Assembly: GCA_016182235.1 (NCBI GenBank)
Contig: JACOXT010000003.1
Location: 130,209-194,208 of the forward strand
Length of the DNA stretch: 64,000 nt
Direction of reading: 5' to 3'
Source of the DNA: Candidatus Levyibacteriota bacterium
GTDB lineage: Bacteria; Patescibacteriota; Microgenomatia; Levybacterales; UBA12049
This document shows positions 53,609 to 61,442 of the stretch, piece by piece. Each line of letters begins with the position of its first letter. The first letter of the stretch is position 1. Made by a program: the position numbers and the translations under genes. The notes beneath the pieces are model-generated. The model was given only the letters and a program-made list of their open reading frames with translations. It had not been told where the DNA came from and did no database searches.

Positions 53609-55009
53609 ATGGATACTTATGATTTAATTATCATCGGCGGCGGAGCAGGAGCTTTTGCTGCGGCTATCAAAGCCAATGAACTTGGCGCAAAAACTTTGAT
53701 GGTTAATAAAGGATTACCTCTCGGTGGAACTTGCGTCAATGTGGGTTGTGTTCCTTCCAAGACTTTACTTTGGGCAGGGGAAGTAATGCACCTTGCCAAA
53801 AACCATAAAATTCCGGGAATTGATATGGAAGTAAAAAACTTCGATTTTGCAACTGTTCTTCAGCATGAACTCGATCTTGTTGCAAAATTAAGAGAAGAAA
53901 AATATGAGAAGGTGCTAAGGAATTTAGAAAACGTCACTCATTTAGAAGGACGCGCATCTTTTGTGTCTGCAAATGAAATTGAGGTTAATGGTCAGAAATA
54001 TCAAGGAAAGAAATTTATTATTGCCGCCGGATCAACAACTACAGTACCGCCGATTGAAGGTATTAAGGAGGTAGGCTTTATAACCCATATTGAAGCCTTA
54101 AAACTTAAAGAACAGCCAAAAGAACTGATTGTTATTGGTGCGGGTCCTGTAGGGCTTGAGTTTGCCCAAATGTATGCCCGGTTCGGCACGAAGGTAACAA
54201 TTCTTCATAGAGGCTCAACTATTTTTAGAGGTGAAGAAGAATTGACCACAAGATTGGCAGAGATACTGACTGATGAAGATATTACTATTAAAACAAATGT
54301 CCAAGTGAAAAGTGCGAGAAAAGAAGGCGACAAAAAGATTGTTTCCTATCTTGTTGAGGGCAAGCAGGAAGAAGTAGTGGCAGATGAAGTTTTACTCGCC
54401 GTTGGCAAAACACCAAATACGAAAGATCTAGGACTTGATAAAGCCGGCATTGAAATTGATGAAAAACAAGCAATCAAAGTAAGTCCCAATTTTCAAACTT
54501 CTCAACAGTATGTTTATGCGGTAGGCGATGTAATAAACTTACCCATAAGACAAGAACCGACAGCAGGTAGAGAAGGAACATTAGCTGCTGAAAATGCTCT
54601 GAAAAATACGCAAAATAGTATTGACTACAATACTGTTCCCTGGACTATTTTTACAGACCCGCAACTTGCAGGAGTTGGATTTACCGAGGAGGAACAGATG
54701 AAACGGTTTGGAACGTGTATGTGTAAGGCTGTCTCTTTCAAAGATATACCTAAAGCTATTATTTTAAATAGAACCGAAGGACTTATTAAGATGGCAATTC
54801 ACCCAGAAACAAAACAAATTATGGGGGTTCATATTCTGGCGCCTAATGCGGGAGAGTTAATCGCGCAAGCTATGATTCTTATTAAAAATAAAAATACTAT
54901 TGACGATGTTGTTAATTCCCTGCCGATGTTTCCGACACTTTCCGAGGCTATTAAAATTGCCGCCCTATCCTTTACCCAAGACATTACCAAACTTAGTTGT
55001 TGTGTTTAG
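53609..55009 (+). CDS. merA: Mercuric reductase-like FAD-dependent disulfide oxidoreductase (core MerA without the NmerA domain)
   Basis: Redox-active GGTCVNVGCVPSK and a C-terminal vicinal cysteine pair ...ITKLSCCV, as in MerA. Confidence 0.7.
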   Translation: MDTYDLIIIGGGAGAFAAAIKANELGAKTLMVNKGLPLGGTCVNVGCVPSKTLLWAGEVMHLAKNHKIPGIDMEVKNFDFATVLQHELDLVAKLREEKYEKVLRNLENVTHLEGRASFVSANEIEVNGQKYQGKKFIIAAGSTTTVPPIEGIKEVGFITHIEALKLKEQPKELIVIGAGPVGLEFAQMYARFGTKVTILHRGSTIFRGEEELTTRLAEILTDEDITIKTNVQVKSARKEGDKKIVSYLVEGKQEEVVADEVLLAVGKTPNTKDLGLDKAGIEIDEKQAIKVSPNFQTSQQYVYAVGDVINLPIRQEPTAGREGTLAAENALKNTQNSIDYNTVPWTIFTDPQLAGVGFTEEEQMKRFGTCMCKAVSFKDIPKAIILNRTEGLIKMAIHPETKQIMGVHILAPNAGELIAQAMILIKNKNTIDDVVNSLPMFPTLSEAIKIAALSFTQDITKLSCCV

Positions 55010-55011
55010 CT

Positions 55012-55677
55012 ATGAATAGTAAACTTTGGTATTTAAAACAATTAAATCTTTTTAAATCATTACCTCAAAAAGAGGTCGAGATGCTTTCGCACAATCTGGT
55101 GATGAAGGAATACGGCAAGAGGAAAGTTATTTTAGAGCCCGAAGATAGCGATAAAGTTTTTATATTAAAGATGGGGAGGGTAGAAATATATGAACTGACC
55201 CCTGATGGCAAAAAGATCATTGTGGATATCCTTACCCCAGGGAATGTTTTTGGGGACTTAGGTGTTGAAGAAACAAATGAGAATTTTGTAGAAGCCACAA
55301 CAAATTCACTTGTTTGTGTTATGAAAAAACAGGAATTCTTCGAGATGGTATCTAAAAACCTGGCTGTTTCTTATCAGCTGATTCGGGAGCTGTTCCAAAA
55401 AACTGTTGAAGATAAAAAAACTGTTGCAGCATTAGCTTCTGATAGTTTACTCACTAAGGTCAAAAACTTACTATTAAGATTGGCTAAAAGATATGGAGAG
55501 AAAAAAGAAAATACAGTAACCATAGCTGCTAAGTTTACTCATGAGGAGTTGGCAGACATGGTGGGAATTTCCCGTCCAACGATGACTGAACTGCTTAATA
55601 AACTAGATCGCATAGGGGTTATTAAAAGAGTAGGAAAAATTATTACATTTGATCCCCGGAAACTTGCTGAGATATAG
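55012..55677 (+). CDS. Crp/Fnr-family transcriptional regulator (no FNR Cys cluster)
   Basis: cNMP-binding-like beta-roll followed by a C-terminal HTH HEELADMVGISRPTMTELLNKL. ATG at 55012 preferred over the TTG at 54997. Confidence 0.85.
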   Translation: MNSKLWYLKQLNLFKSLPQKEVEMLSHNLVMKEYGKRKVILEPEDSDKVFILKMGRVEIYELTPDGKKIIVDILTPGNVFGDLGVEETNENFVEATTNSLVCVMKKQEFFEMVSKNLAVSYQLIRELFQKTVEDKKTVAALASDSLLTKVKNLLLRLAKRYGEKKENTVTIAAKFTHEELADMVGISRPTMTELLNKLDRIGVIKRVGKIITFDPRKLAEI

Positions 55678-55681
55678 CATT

Positions 55682-55702
55682 TTGTCGCCCGAATGACAGA
55701 AT
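55682..55702 (+). promoter_or_regulatory. CRP-geometry site 1: TTGTCGCCCGAATGACAGAAT
   Basis: Core TGTCG-N6-TGACA. TATAGT begins 30.5 bp from the site centre, the class II activator geometry. Confidence 0.65.
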
Positions 55703-55771
55703 TAAGCGTCACTTTCTTTATATAGTTTATTTAGGTTTTAAATCTGAAAACCTGGAAGGAGGTGAAAACTT

Positions 55772-56131
55772 ATGAAAAACATGACACCAATAATGATGGG
55801 AATGATGATGGCACTTATGCTCGCAGGTATTATTTTTGCCTGGCAGGGAGTAAGCATGCACAGACAAGTAAGTGTTGAAGAAGCGAAATTTCATGCGCTT
55901 CAATCCGAGTATTTCATTCAGAGCAAAGAAGTTAGAGATGAGGCAGTAACAGGGTCAGAACTCAATTCCCAACTGGTGCAAATACAAAATTACCCCTCTG
56001 AGCTTTTAAGACTCAAACTTGTAGGGGTAGGTAATATACTGACCGGAATATTTATCCTTCTTTTTGGAATTTTGGTTGCATTAATTATGATGCCAAAGAG
56101 ACTTGGGAAGATTATTTCGGAAAAAAGATAA
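55772..56131 (+). CDS. Hypothetical two-TM membrane protein
   Basis: Strong SD GGAAGGAGGTGA; TM helices at both ends. Confidence 0.6.
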   Translation: MKNMTPIMMGMMMALMLAGIIFAWQGVSMHRQVSVEEAKFHALQSEYFIQSKEVRDEAVTGSELNSQLVQIQNYPSELLRLKLVGVGNILTGIFILLFGILVALIMMPKRLGKIISEKR

Positions 56132-56137
56132 AAGAGC

Positions 56138-56151
56138 GTCGTCCGGACGAC
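56138..56151. terminator. Bidirectional terminator-like GC palindrome GTCGTCCGGACGAC between convergent genes
   Basis: Perfect 14-bp palindrome with A/T runs on the flank. Confidence 0.45.
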
Positions 56152-56181
56152 CGAACAAAAACAAATTTTTTTAAGATCAAC

Positions 56182-56910
56182 TCAAAGCTTAATCGTCCCC
56201 TCTTTTGTGAAAAGATGCGTTATGTTAATCCCTAATTTTTCATATACTTGTTTTGGAATAGACAAATCAGCAACATATAACTCTCCAACATAATCTTTTG
56301 CTTTGTCCACCAAAAGACCAACCTTAGGTAAAGCAAGAGTGATTGTTGTTGAGGCCCTTACGGTAGGATTATTAGCATCTCCTGAATTTCCGTTAAGACC
56401 TGAAGGAATATCAACAGCAAGAATTAGCTTACCTGAATTATTCGAAATATCAATTAGGTTAGAGTAGGGCACCCTAGGATTGCCTTTCAAATTATATCCA
56501 AGGAGGGCATCGATTATCAGATCCGAATCTTTTATTTTTTCCTGGATCAAGTTTATTTGTTCATTTGAGAATTCTATAATGTCTGCTCCTGTATTTATTA
56601 AGATATTAAACTGTACTTGAGCATTTTCAGCAAGATTTTCCTTCTTTTCTGCAAGTATACAAGTAATCTTCCCGCCAAAGTTAATCAAATGGCGTGCAGC
56701 GCCAAGCCCATCCCCGCCGTTATTTCCTCTGCCGCAAAGAATAACGATTTTTTTATTCTTTACACTTCCCGAAAGTATTTTCCGGGTAAGCCCTGCAATA
56801 TTTATTGATGCGTTTTCCATCATCATAAGGATTGAAGTACCAATCTCCTCAACCATAAGTCTATCTACCTCTGCCATCTGATCAACGGTTAGGGCCGGAA
56901 TTCTTCTCAC
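56182..56910 (-). CDS. nnrE: NAD(P)H-hydrate epimerase (YjeF N-terminal domain)
   Basis: ILCGRGNNGGDGLGAARHL. Confidence 0.85.
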   Translation of the reverse strand: MRRIPALTVDQMAEVDRLMVEEIGTSILMMMENASINIAGLTRKILSGSVKNKKIVILCGRGNNGGDGLGAARHLINFGGKITCILAEKKENLAENAQVQFNILINTGADIIEFSNEQINLIQEKIKDSDLIIDALLGYNLKGNPRVPYSNLIDISNNSGKLILAVDIPSGLNGNSGDANNPTVRASTTITLALPKVGLLVDKAKDYVGELYVADLSIPKQVYEKLGINITHLFTKEGTIKL

Positions 56911-56940
56911 GTCTTAATAATACATTATTCTCTAGTAAAT

Positions 56941-56961
56941 TTGTCGCCTGGATGACAGAAT
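56941..56961 (+). promoter_or_regulatory. CRP-geometry site 2: TTGTCGCCTGGATGACAGAAT
   Basis: 18 of 21 nt identical to site 1. TAGAAT at 56979-84 begins 29.5 bp from the centre. The predicted TSS is at or next to the ATG at 56992 (leaderless). Confidence 0.65.
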
Positions 56962-56991
56962 ATAAAAAATGCAAAGACTAGAATTAGTTTT

Positions 56992-57324
56992 ATGAAAGGA
57001 ATAGCTACGTGTCAAAATTGCATTATTGAGCTGTGGAAAAATGATTGCGAACATTGTGAGGCTGTTAAGCCCATTGTCGCGGAGCTTGAAAAAGAAGGAT
57101 ATGTTTTTGAAAAACACAATATTGAAGAAAAAGATGGAGAAACTCTGTGGCATGAGTATGCCGAGGAAATTGAGAAAAATAATAAAAGCATGGGATATGA
57201 TGAAGGGTATATTTATACACCAACATTTATTAATCCAGACAACAGAAACATTATTGCGTTTACCGATCGTGAGCCGACTAAAACTGAGTTAATCCGGTTT
57301 GCGGAAGGAGGCGAACCAAAATGA
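56992..57324 (+). CDS. Thioredoxin/glutaredoxin-fold protein with a CEHC motif
   Basis: IIELWKNDCEHCEAVKPIVAELEKEG. Confidence 0.65.
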   Translation: MKGIATCQNCIIELWKNDCEHCEAVKPIVAELEKEGYVFEKHNIEEKDGETLWHEYAEEIEKNNKSMGYDEGYIYTPTFINPDNRNIIAFTDREPTKTELIRFAEGGEPK

Positions 57325-57461
57325 TGGGGCATGGAAAACACGATAACTGCGCGATGTGCAGAATGGGAAAAGCTGTTGGGATGATAGAAAAGCATCCTGA
57401 GGGCTGTGAGTGCGAAACTCATCCAAAGAAGAAAGATGAAAGAGAAAACTATGGTAAATAA
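57321..57461 (+). CDS. Cys/His-rich micro-protein A (46 aa; absent from the ORF track)
   Basis: Hand translation MMGHGKHDNCAMCRMGKAVGMIEKHPEGCECETHPKKKDERENYGK. SD GGAGG lies 9 nt upstream. ATGA overlap with the upstream stop and 11-nt overlap with the gdh start. A paralog lies at 59433. Confidence 0.7.
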   Translation: MMGHGKHDNCAMCRMGKAVGMIEKHPEGCECETHPKKKDERENYGK

Positions 57462-58743
57462 TAATCCCTGGAAAAGAGCACAAAAACAATTACGGAAAGC
57501 GGCAAGGTATATCAAGCTTGATCCTCTAACGCTCGCAAAACTATCAAATCCTGATAGGGTGGTTGAGGTTTCTCTGCCTATAAAACTTGGCAGTGGCGAA
57601 ATAAAGGTTTTTCAAGGTTATAGAGTTCAACATAATAATATCAGAGGTCCCTATAAAGGTGGGCTAAGATATCATCAAAAGGTGGACATGGATGAAGTAA
57701 AAGCTTTGGCTTTTTGGATGACTATAAAAAATGCAGTGGTAAACGTGCCGTTTGGTGGTGGTAAAGGCGGTATTGCAGTTGATCCCAAGACTCTTGAGGA
57801 ATTGGAGCTTGAAAAACTCACCCGCCAGTTTACCAGAAAAATTGCAGACTTTATTGGCCCTCAAAAAGATGTCCCAGCGCCTGATGTAAATACTAATCCT
57901 AAAATCATGTCTTGGATTAAGAATGAATATAGCAATCTAACGGGTCAAGATTCGCCTGCGGTGGTAACTGGTAAGCCTATTGAGGATGGGGGTTCGCAAG
58001 GCAGAACTGAAGCTACAGGATTGGGTGGCGTTTACGCTTTGTTGACTGTTTTAAGCAAATTAGGTAAAGATCCCAAAGGGATGAGTGTGGCTATCCAGGG
58101 TTTTGGTAATGTGGGGAGTTTTTTGGCTAAATTTTTACAAAAAGAGGGATTTAAAGTTGTAGCGCTATCAGATTCTAAGGGTGGAATTTATATTCCGGAT
58201 GGCATAAGGGATATTGATGAAGTTAAGCGTTGTAAAGAAGAAAAAGGACTACTGGCTGGATGCTATTGCGTTGGTTCTGTCTGTGATCTAAAAAATATGA
58301 AAAACTTAGGAGGAAAAAATATTGAAGCCGATAAAGTTTTAACTCTTCCTGTTGATATCATTGTACCTGCTGCTTTAGAAAACTCAATTACCAAAGAGAA
58401 TGCTGAAAAGATAACAGCAAAGATAATACTAGAAATGGCTAATGGTCCGACAACATTAGAAGCGGATGAAATATTGCAAAAAAAGGACGTTGTGGTAATA
58501 CCGGATATTTTAGCAAACTCTGGAGGCGTGGCTGTTAGTTACTTTGAGTGGTATCAAAATTTAAACAGTAAGCACTGGGGTAAGGAAGAAGTGTTTAAGA
58601 AGCTAAGGGAAAAAATGGAAAAAGCTACAGGTAAAGTACTTGATACTTCTAATAAATATGGCGTTAGTTTAAGAGAAGCCGCATACATAGTCGCTTTAAA
58701 TAGGATTCAAGAAAAGAGCCAAAATATTTTGTCGTTGAAATAA
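57451..58743 (+). CDS. gdhA: Glutamate dehydrogenase (Glu/Leu/Phe/Val dehydrogenase family)
   Basis: VNVPFGGGKGGIAVDPK. Start moved to the ATG at 57451 (MVNNNPWKRAQKQL). Confidence 0.9.
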   Translation: MVNNNPWKRAQKQLRKAARYIKLDPLTLAKLSNPDRVVEVSLPIKLGSGEIKVFQGYRVQHNNIRGPYKGGLRYHQKVDMDEVKALAFWMTIKNAVVNVPFGGGKGGIAVDPKTLEELELEKLTRQFTRKIADFIGPQKDVPAPDVNTNPKIMSWIKNEYSNLTGQDSPAVVTGKPIEDGGSQGRTEATGLGGVYALLTVLSKLGKDPKGMSVAIQGFGNVGSFLAKFLQKEGFKVVALSDSKGGIYIPDGIRDIDEVKRCKEEKGLLAGCYCVGSVCDLKNMKNLGGKNIEADKVLTLPVDIIVPAALENSITKENAEKITAKIILEMANGPTTLEADEILQKKDVVVIPDILANSGGVAVSYFEWYQNLNSKHWGKEEVFKKLREKMEKATGKVLDTSNKYGVSLREAAYIVALNRIQEKSQNILSLK

Positions 58744-58749
58744 CAGAAT
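58729..58749 (+). promoter_or_regulatory. CRP-geometry site 3: TTGTCGTTGAAATAACAGAAT (overlaps the gdh stop codon)
   Basis: 16 of 21 nt identical to site 1. TATACT at 58767-72 begins 29.5 bp from the centre. Confidence 0.55.
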
Positions 58750-58796
58750 TAAATTAAAAGCTCGAATATACTGTGTTTATACAAAAATAAGATTTT

Positions 58797-59417
58797 ATGA
58801 AAGCAAATCAAAAATTTAGCAAATTAGCAAGCAATCAAATAATTGAAAAAACAGTTAATGCGCTTGAGAGAAACGGAATTAAAACGTTTGTTGCAGAAAA
58901 TGGCAGCGAGGCAAAAAGGAAAGTTGTAGAAATGTTGCCGGATGGGGCAGAGGTTTTAACCATGACGTCTCAGACCGCAGAAATAGTGAGTTTGGCAAAA
59001 GAAATAAACGAATCTGGAAAATATAATTCCGTGAGGCAAAAACTCATAGCAATGGATAAAAGTACGCAGGGTCGTGAGATGGCAAAAATGGGGGCGGCAC
59101 CCGAATTTGTAGTAGGGTCTTTGCATGCGGTCACAGAGGATGGGCAGCTTTTGATAGCTTCTGCAACAGGCAGTCAACTTCCGGCAGAGTCCTATGCCGC
59201 AGGAAAGGTTATTTTCGTGGTTGGAGCACAAAAGATAGTTAAGGATACTCAAGAGGGATTAAGAAGAATTTATGAGTACTCCTATCCTTTGGAAGACGAA
59301 AGAGCGCAAAAAGCATATGGCATGAGAAGCGGAGTTAATAAAATCCTTATAATCAACAAAGAAATGATGCCGGGCAGAATAACGATTGTTTTTATTAAAG
59401 AAAACTTAGGATTTTAA
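58797..59417 (+). CDS. LUD-domain (LutC/YkgG-like, DUF162) protein
   Basis: Size and the pattern ...LIASATGSQL...VIFVVGAQKIVKD. Confidence 0.6.
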   Translation: MKANQKFSKLASNQIIEKTVNALERNGIKTFVAENGSEAKRKVVEMLPDGAEVLTMTSQTAEIVSLAKEINESGKYNSVRQKLIAMDKSTQGREMAKMGAAPEFVVGSLHAVTEDGQLLIASATGSQLPAESYAAGKVIFVVGAQKIVKDTQEGLRRIYEYSYPLEDERAQKAYGMRSGVNKILIINKEMMPGRITIVFIKENLGF

Positions 59418-59432
59418 GGGAGGTGACATTAT

Positions 59433-59576
59433 ATGATGGGGCATGGAAAACACGATAACTGCGCGATTTGTCAAATGGGAAAAGCTGTTGGTATGATAGA
59501 AAAATGTACAGATAAAAATTGTACTAATCCAGTTCATAAAAAAGAGAAAGAGGAGGAAATTAAAAAAAGTGAGTAG
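59433..59576 (+). CDS. Cys/His-rich micro-protein B (47 aa; absent from the ORF track)
   Basis: Hand translation MMGHGKHDNCAICQMGKAVGMIEKCTDKNCTNPVHKKEKEEEIKKSE. SD GGGAGGTGA. 8-nt overlap with the GTG start of the downstream glutaredoxin-like gene. Confidence 0.7.
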   Translation: MMGHGKHDNCAICQMGKAVGMIEKCTDKNCTNPVHKKEKEEEIKKSE

Positions 59577-59868
59577 TAAAAACAAACTTATCTTTTATGG
59601 AGCTGACTGGTGTCCGGATTGTAGAAGATCTAAGCAATTTCTGGATGAAAAAGGAATTGAGTATGAATATATAAATATCGAGGAAGTGCCGGGAGCAGCT
59701 AAAGAGGTAGAAAGAATTAACAATGGTTACCAGTCAATTCCAACTATTGTTTTTCCTGACGGGAAAGTGCTTGTTGAACCATCCAATGCTGAGTTGGAAA
59801 AAGCACTGGAAGAAAATAAAAATCTGATTATTGTTCATAAAAGCGACATGGAAGGAGGTGGTAAATAA
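59569..59868 (+). CDS. Glutaredoxin/NrdH-like small redoxin (CPDC)
   Basis: LIFYGADWCPDCRRSKQFLDEKGIEYEYINI. Confidence 0.8.
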   Translation: MSSKNKLIFYGADWCPDCRRSKQFLDEKGIEYEYINIEEVPGAAKEVERINNGYQSIPTIVFPDGKVLVEPSNAELEKALEENKNLIIVHKSDMEGGGK

Positions 59869-60065
59869 TGGATGCTAATTTAAAATGCCCGACGTGCGGT
59901 GGTCAGTTTAACTCTCAACAGGAGTTGGATGAACATGCAAAAGGGACTCACAGTAACCAAGCAGGTGAGGAGCAACAGGAACATTCAATAAGTTGTTCAA
60001 AGTGTGGTTTAAAAGCAAACTCCAAAGTGGAGCTTGAAGAACATGAGCAACACCACAGTATGTAA
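59868..60065 (+). CDS. 65-aa protein with two classical C2H2 zinc-finger motifs
   Basis: CPTCGGQFNSQQELDEHAKGTH (C-x2-C-x3-F-x5-L-x2-H-x4-H) and CSKCGLKANSKVELEEHEQHH. Confidence 0.7.
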   Translation: MDANLKCPTCGGQFNSQQELDEHAKGTHSNQAGEEQQEHSISCSKCGLKANSKVELEEHEQHHSM

Positions 60066-60110
60066 TCCTTGGCGAAGATTACAATTTATTGATAAACTTA
60101 AGGAAGTACT

Positions 60111-61442
60111 ATGAAAAAATTTGATGTTTTGGTTGTCGGCAGTGGAGCTGGTCTTGAGGTGGCTTCATTTGCTGCAGAACGCGGTATGTCTGTTGCAGTA
60201 GTTGAGGAAGGTCCGCTGGGCGGAACATGTCTTAATCGCGGCTGTATTCCCTCTAAAATATTGATTCATTCGGCAGATGTTGCTGAGACTATTAAAAAAT
60301 TCGGGATTAAAAGCAAGATTGAAAATATTGATTTTGCAGCGATTGTAAAAAGAGTTTCTCAAGTTGTGGATGGTGACTCAAGTGGTATTGAAAAGGCAAT
60401 AAGACAAGGCAATAATCCAAACCTTTATAAAATGCGTGGTAAGTTTATCGGTCCAAAACTTATGCAAGTTGGCTCCGAACAAATAGAGGCAGACAAAGTG
60501 TTTATTGTGGGTGGAACAAGACCCTCTATTCCGCCAATTCCAGGCTTGAAAGATACACCATTTCTAGATAGTACAAAAGCATTAAGACTTGAAAAACAAC
60601 CGGAACATCTGGTAATTATAGGCGGTGGTTATATTGCGGCAGAGCTTGCTCATTTTTATGGATCACTCGGAACAAAGGTTACTATTCTAGTTCGGGGCAA
60701 TATCATGTTAAGTAACGAGGATGAAGAAATAGCACAATGGTTTACAAAAGAATTTATTAAGAAACATGAAATCCTCTTCAGCACGAAGGTAAGTAGTGTT
60801 TCTTATCATGATGAAATTTTTAATATTGGATTAAATGATGGGAAGAAATTGGAAGCGGACCAATTGCTGATTGTCACAGGAAGGATTCCTAATACCGATA
60901 TTTTGAATGTTAAAGCAACAGGGGTTGAAACGGACGAAAAAGGATATATAAAAGTAAACGAGTATTTGGAAACTAATGTAAACGGTGTCTTTGCATTCGG
61001 AGATATTATTGGGATTTTACCCTTTAGGCATACTGCCAATGATCAAGTTAGCTTTGCAATCAGAAACGCATTTACAGAAAAGAAGATTCCTGTCAACTAT
61101 TTTGCCATTGGTCATGCAGTATTTTCCTCTCCCCAAGTCGGTGGAGTTGGTAAAACCGAGGAGGAGTTAAAAAAGGAAGGAGTTTCATATAAAGTTGGCA
61201 GAGCAGAGTTAAAAGATACAGGTATGGGAGGAGCATTGCAAGAAAATGGTCTTGCTAAAGTTCTGGCAGATCAGGAGGGAAATATTTTAGGAGTTCATAT
61301 AGTTGGCCCACAAGCTTCAGTTTTAATTCATGAAGCAATAGTCGCCATGAAGGCAAATGGAACAGTCAGTGCTATTACCGATTCCGTTTATATTCACCCG
61401 GCTTTGCCTGAATGGCTGCAAAGAGCATTTTTTGCAATATGA
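60111..61442 (+). CDS. Class I FAD-dependent pyridine nucleotide-disulfide oxidoreductase (lipoamide/mycothione-reductase-like; not MerA)
   Basis: GGTCLNRGCIPSK; C-terminal HIHPALPE His-Glu dyad; no C-terminal Cys pair. Confidence 0.8.
   Translation: MKKFDVLVVGSGAGLEVASFAAERGMSVAVVEEGPLGGTCLNRGCIPSKILIHSADVAETIKKFGIKSKIENIDFAAIVKRVSQVVDGDSSGIEKAIRQGNNPNLYKMRGKFIGPKLMQVGSEQIEADKVFIVGGTRPSIPPIPGLKDTPFLDSTKALRLEKQPEHLVIIGGGYIAAELAHFYGSLGTKVTILVRGNIMLSNEDEEIAQWFTKEFIKKHEILFSTKVSSVSYHDEIFNIGLNDGKKLEADQLLIVTGRIPNTDILNVKATGVETDEKGYIKVNEYLETNVNGVFAFGDIIGILPFRHTANDQVSFAIRNAFTEKKIPVNYFAIGHAVFSSPQVGGVGKTEEELKKEGVSYKVGRAELKDTGMGGALQENGLAKVLADQEGNILGVHIVGPQASVLIHEAIVAMKANGTVSAITDSVYIHPALPEWLQRAFFAI

Noticed and set aside
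55012-55677. Calling the regulator FNR (oxygen sensor)
   Set aside because: There is no N-terminal Cys cluster for an Fe-S centre. Only the family-level Crp/Fnr call is justified.
60111-61442. A second MerA
   Set aside because: It has the CxxxxC active site but lacks the C-terminal vicinal Cys pair. It ends with the His-Glu dyad typical of lipoamide/glutathione-type reductases.
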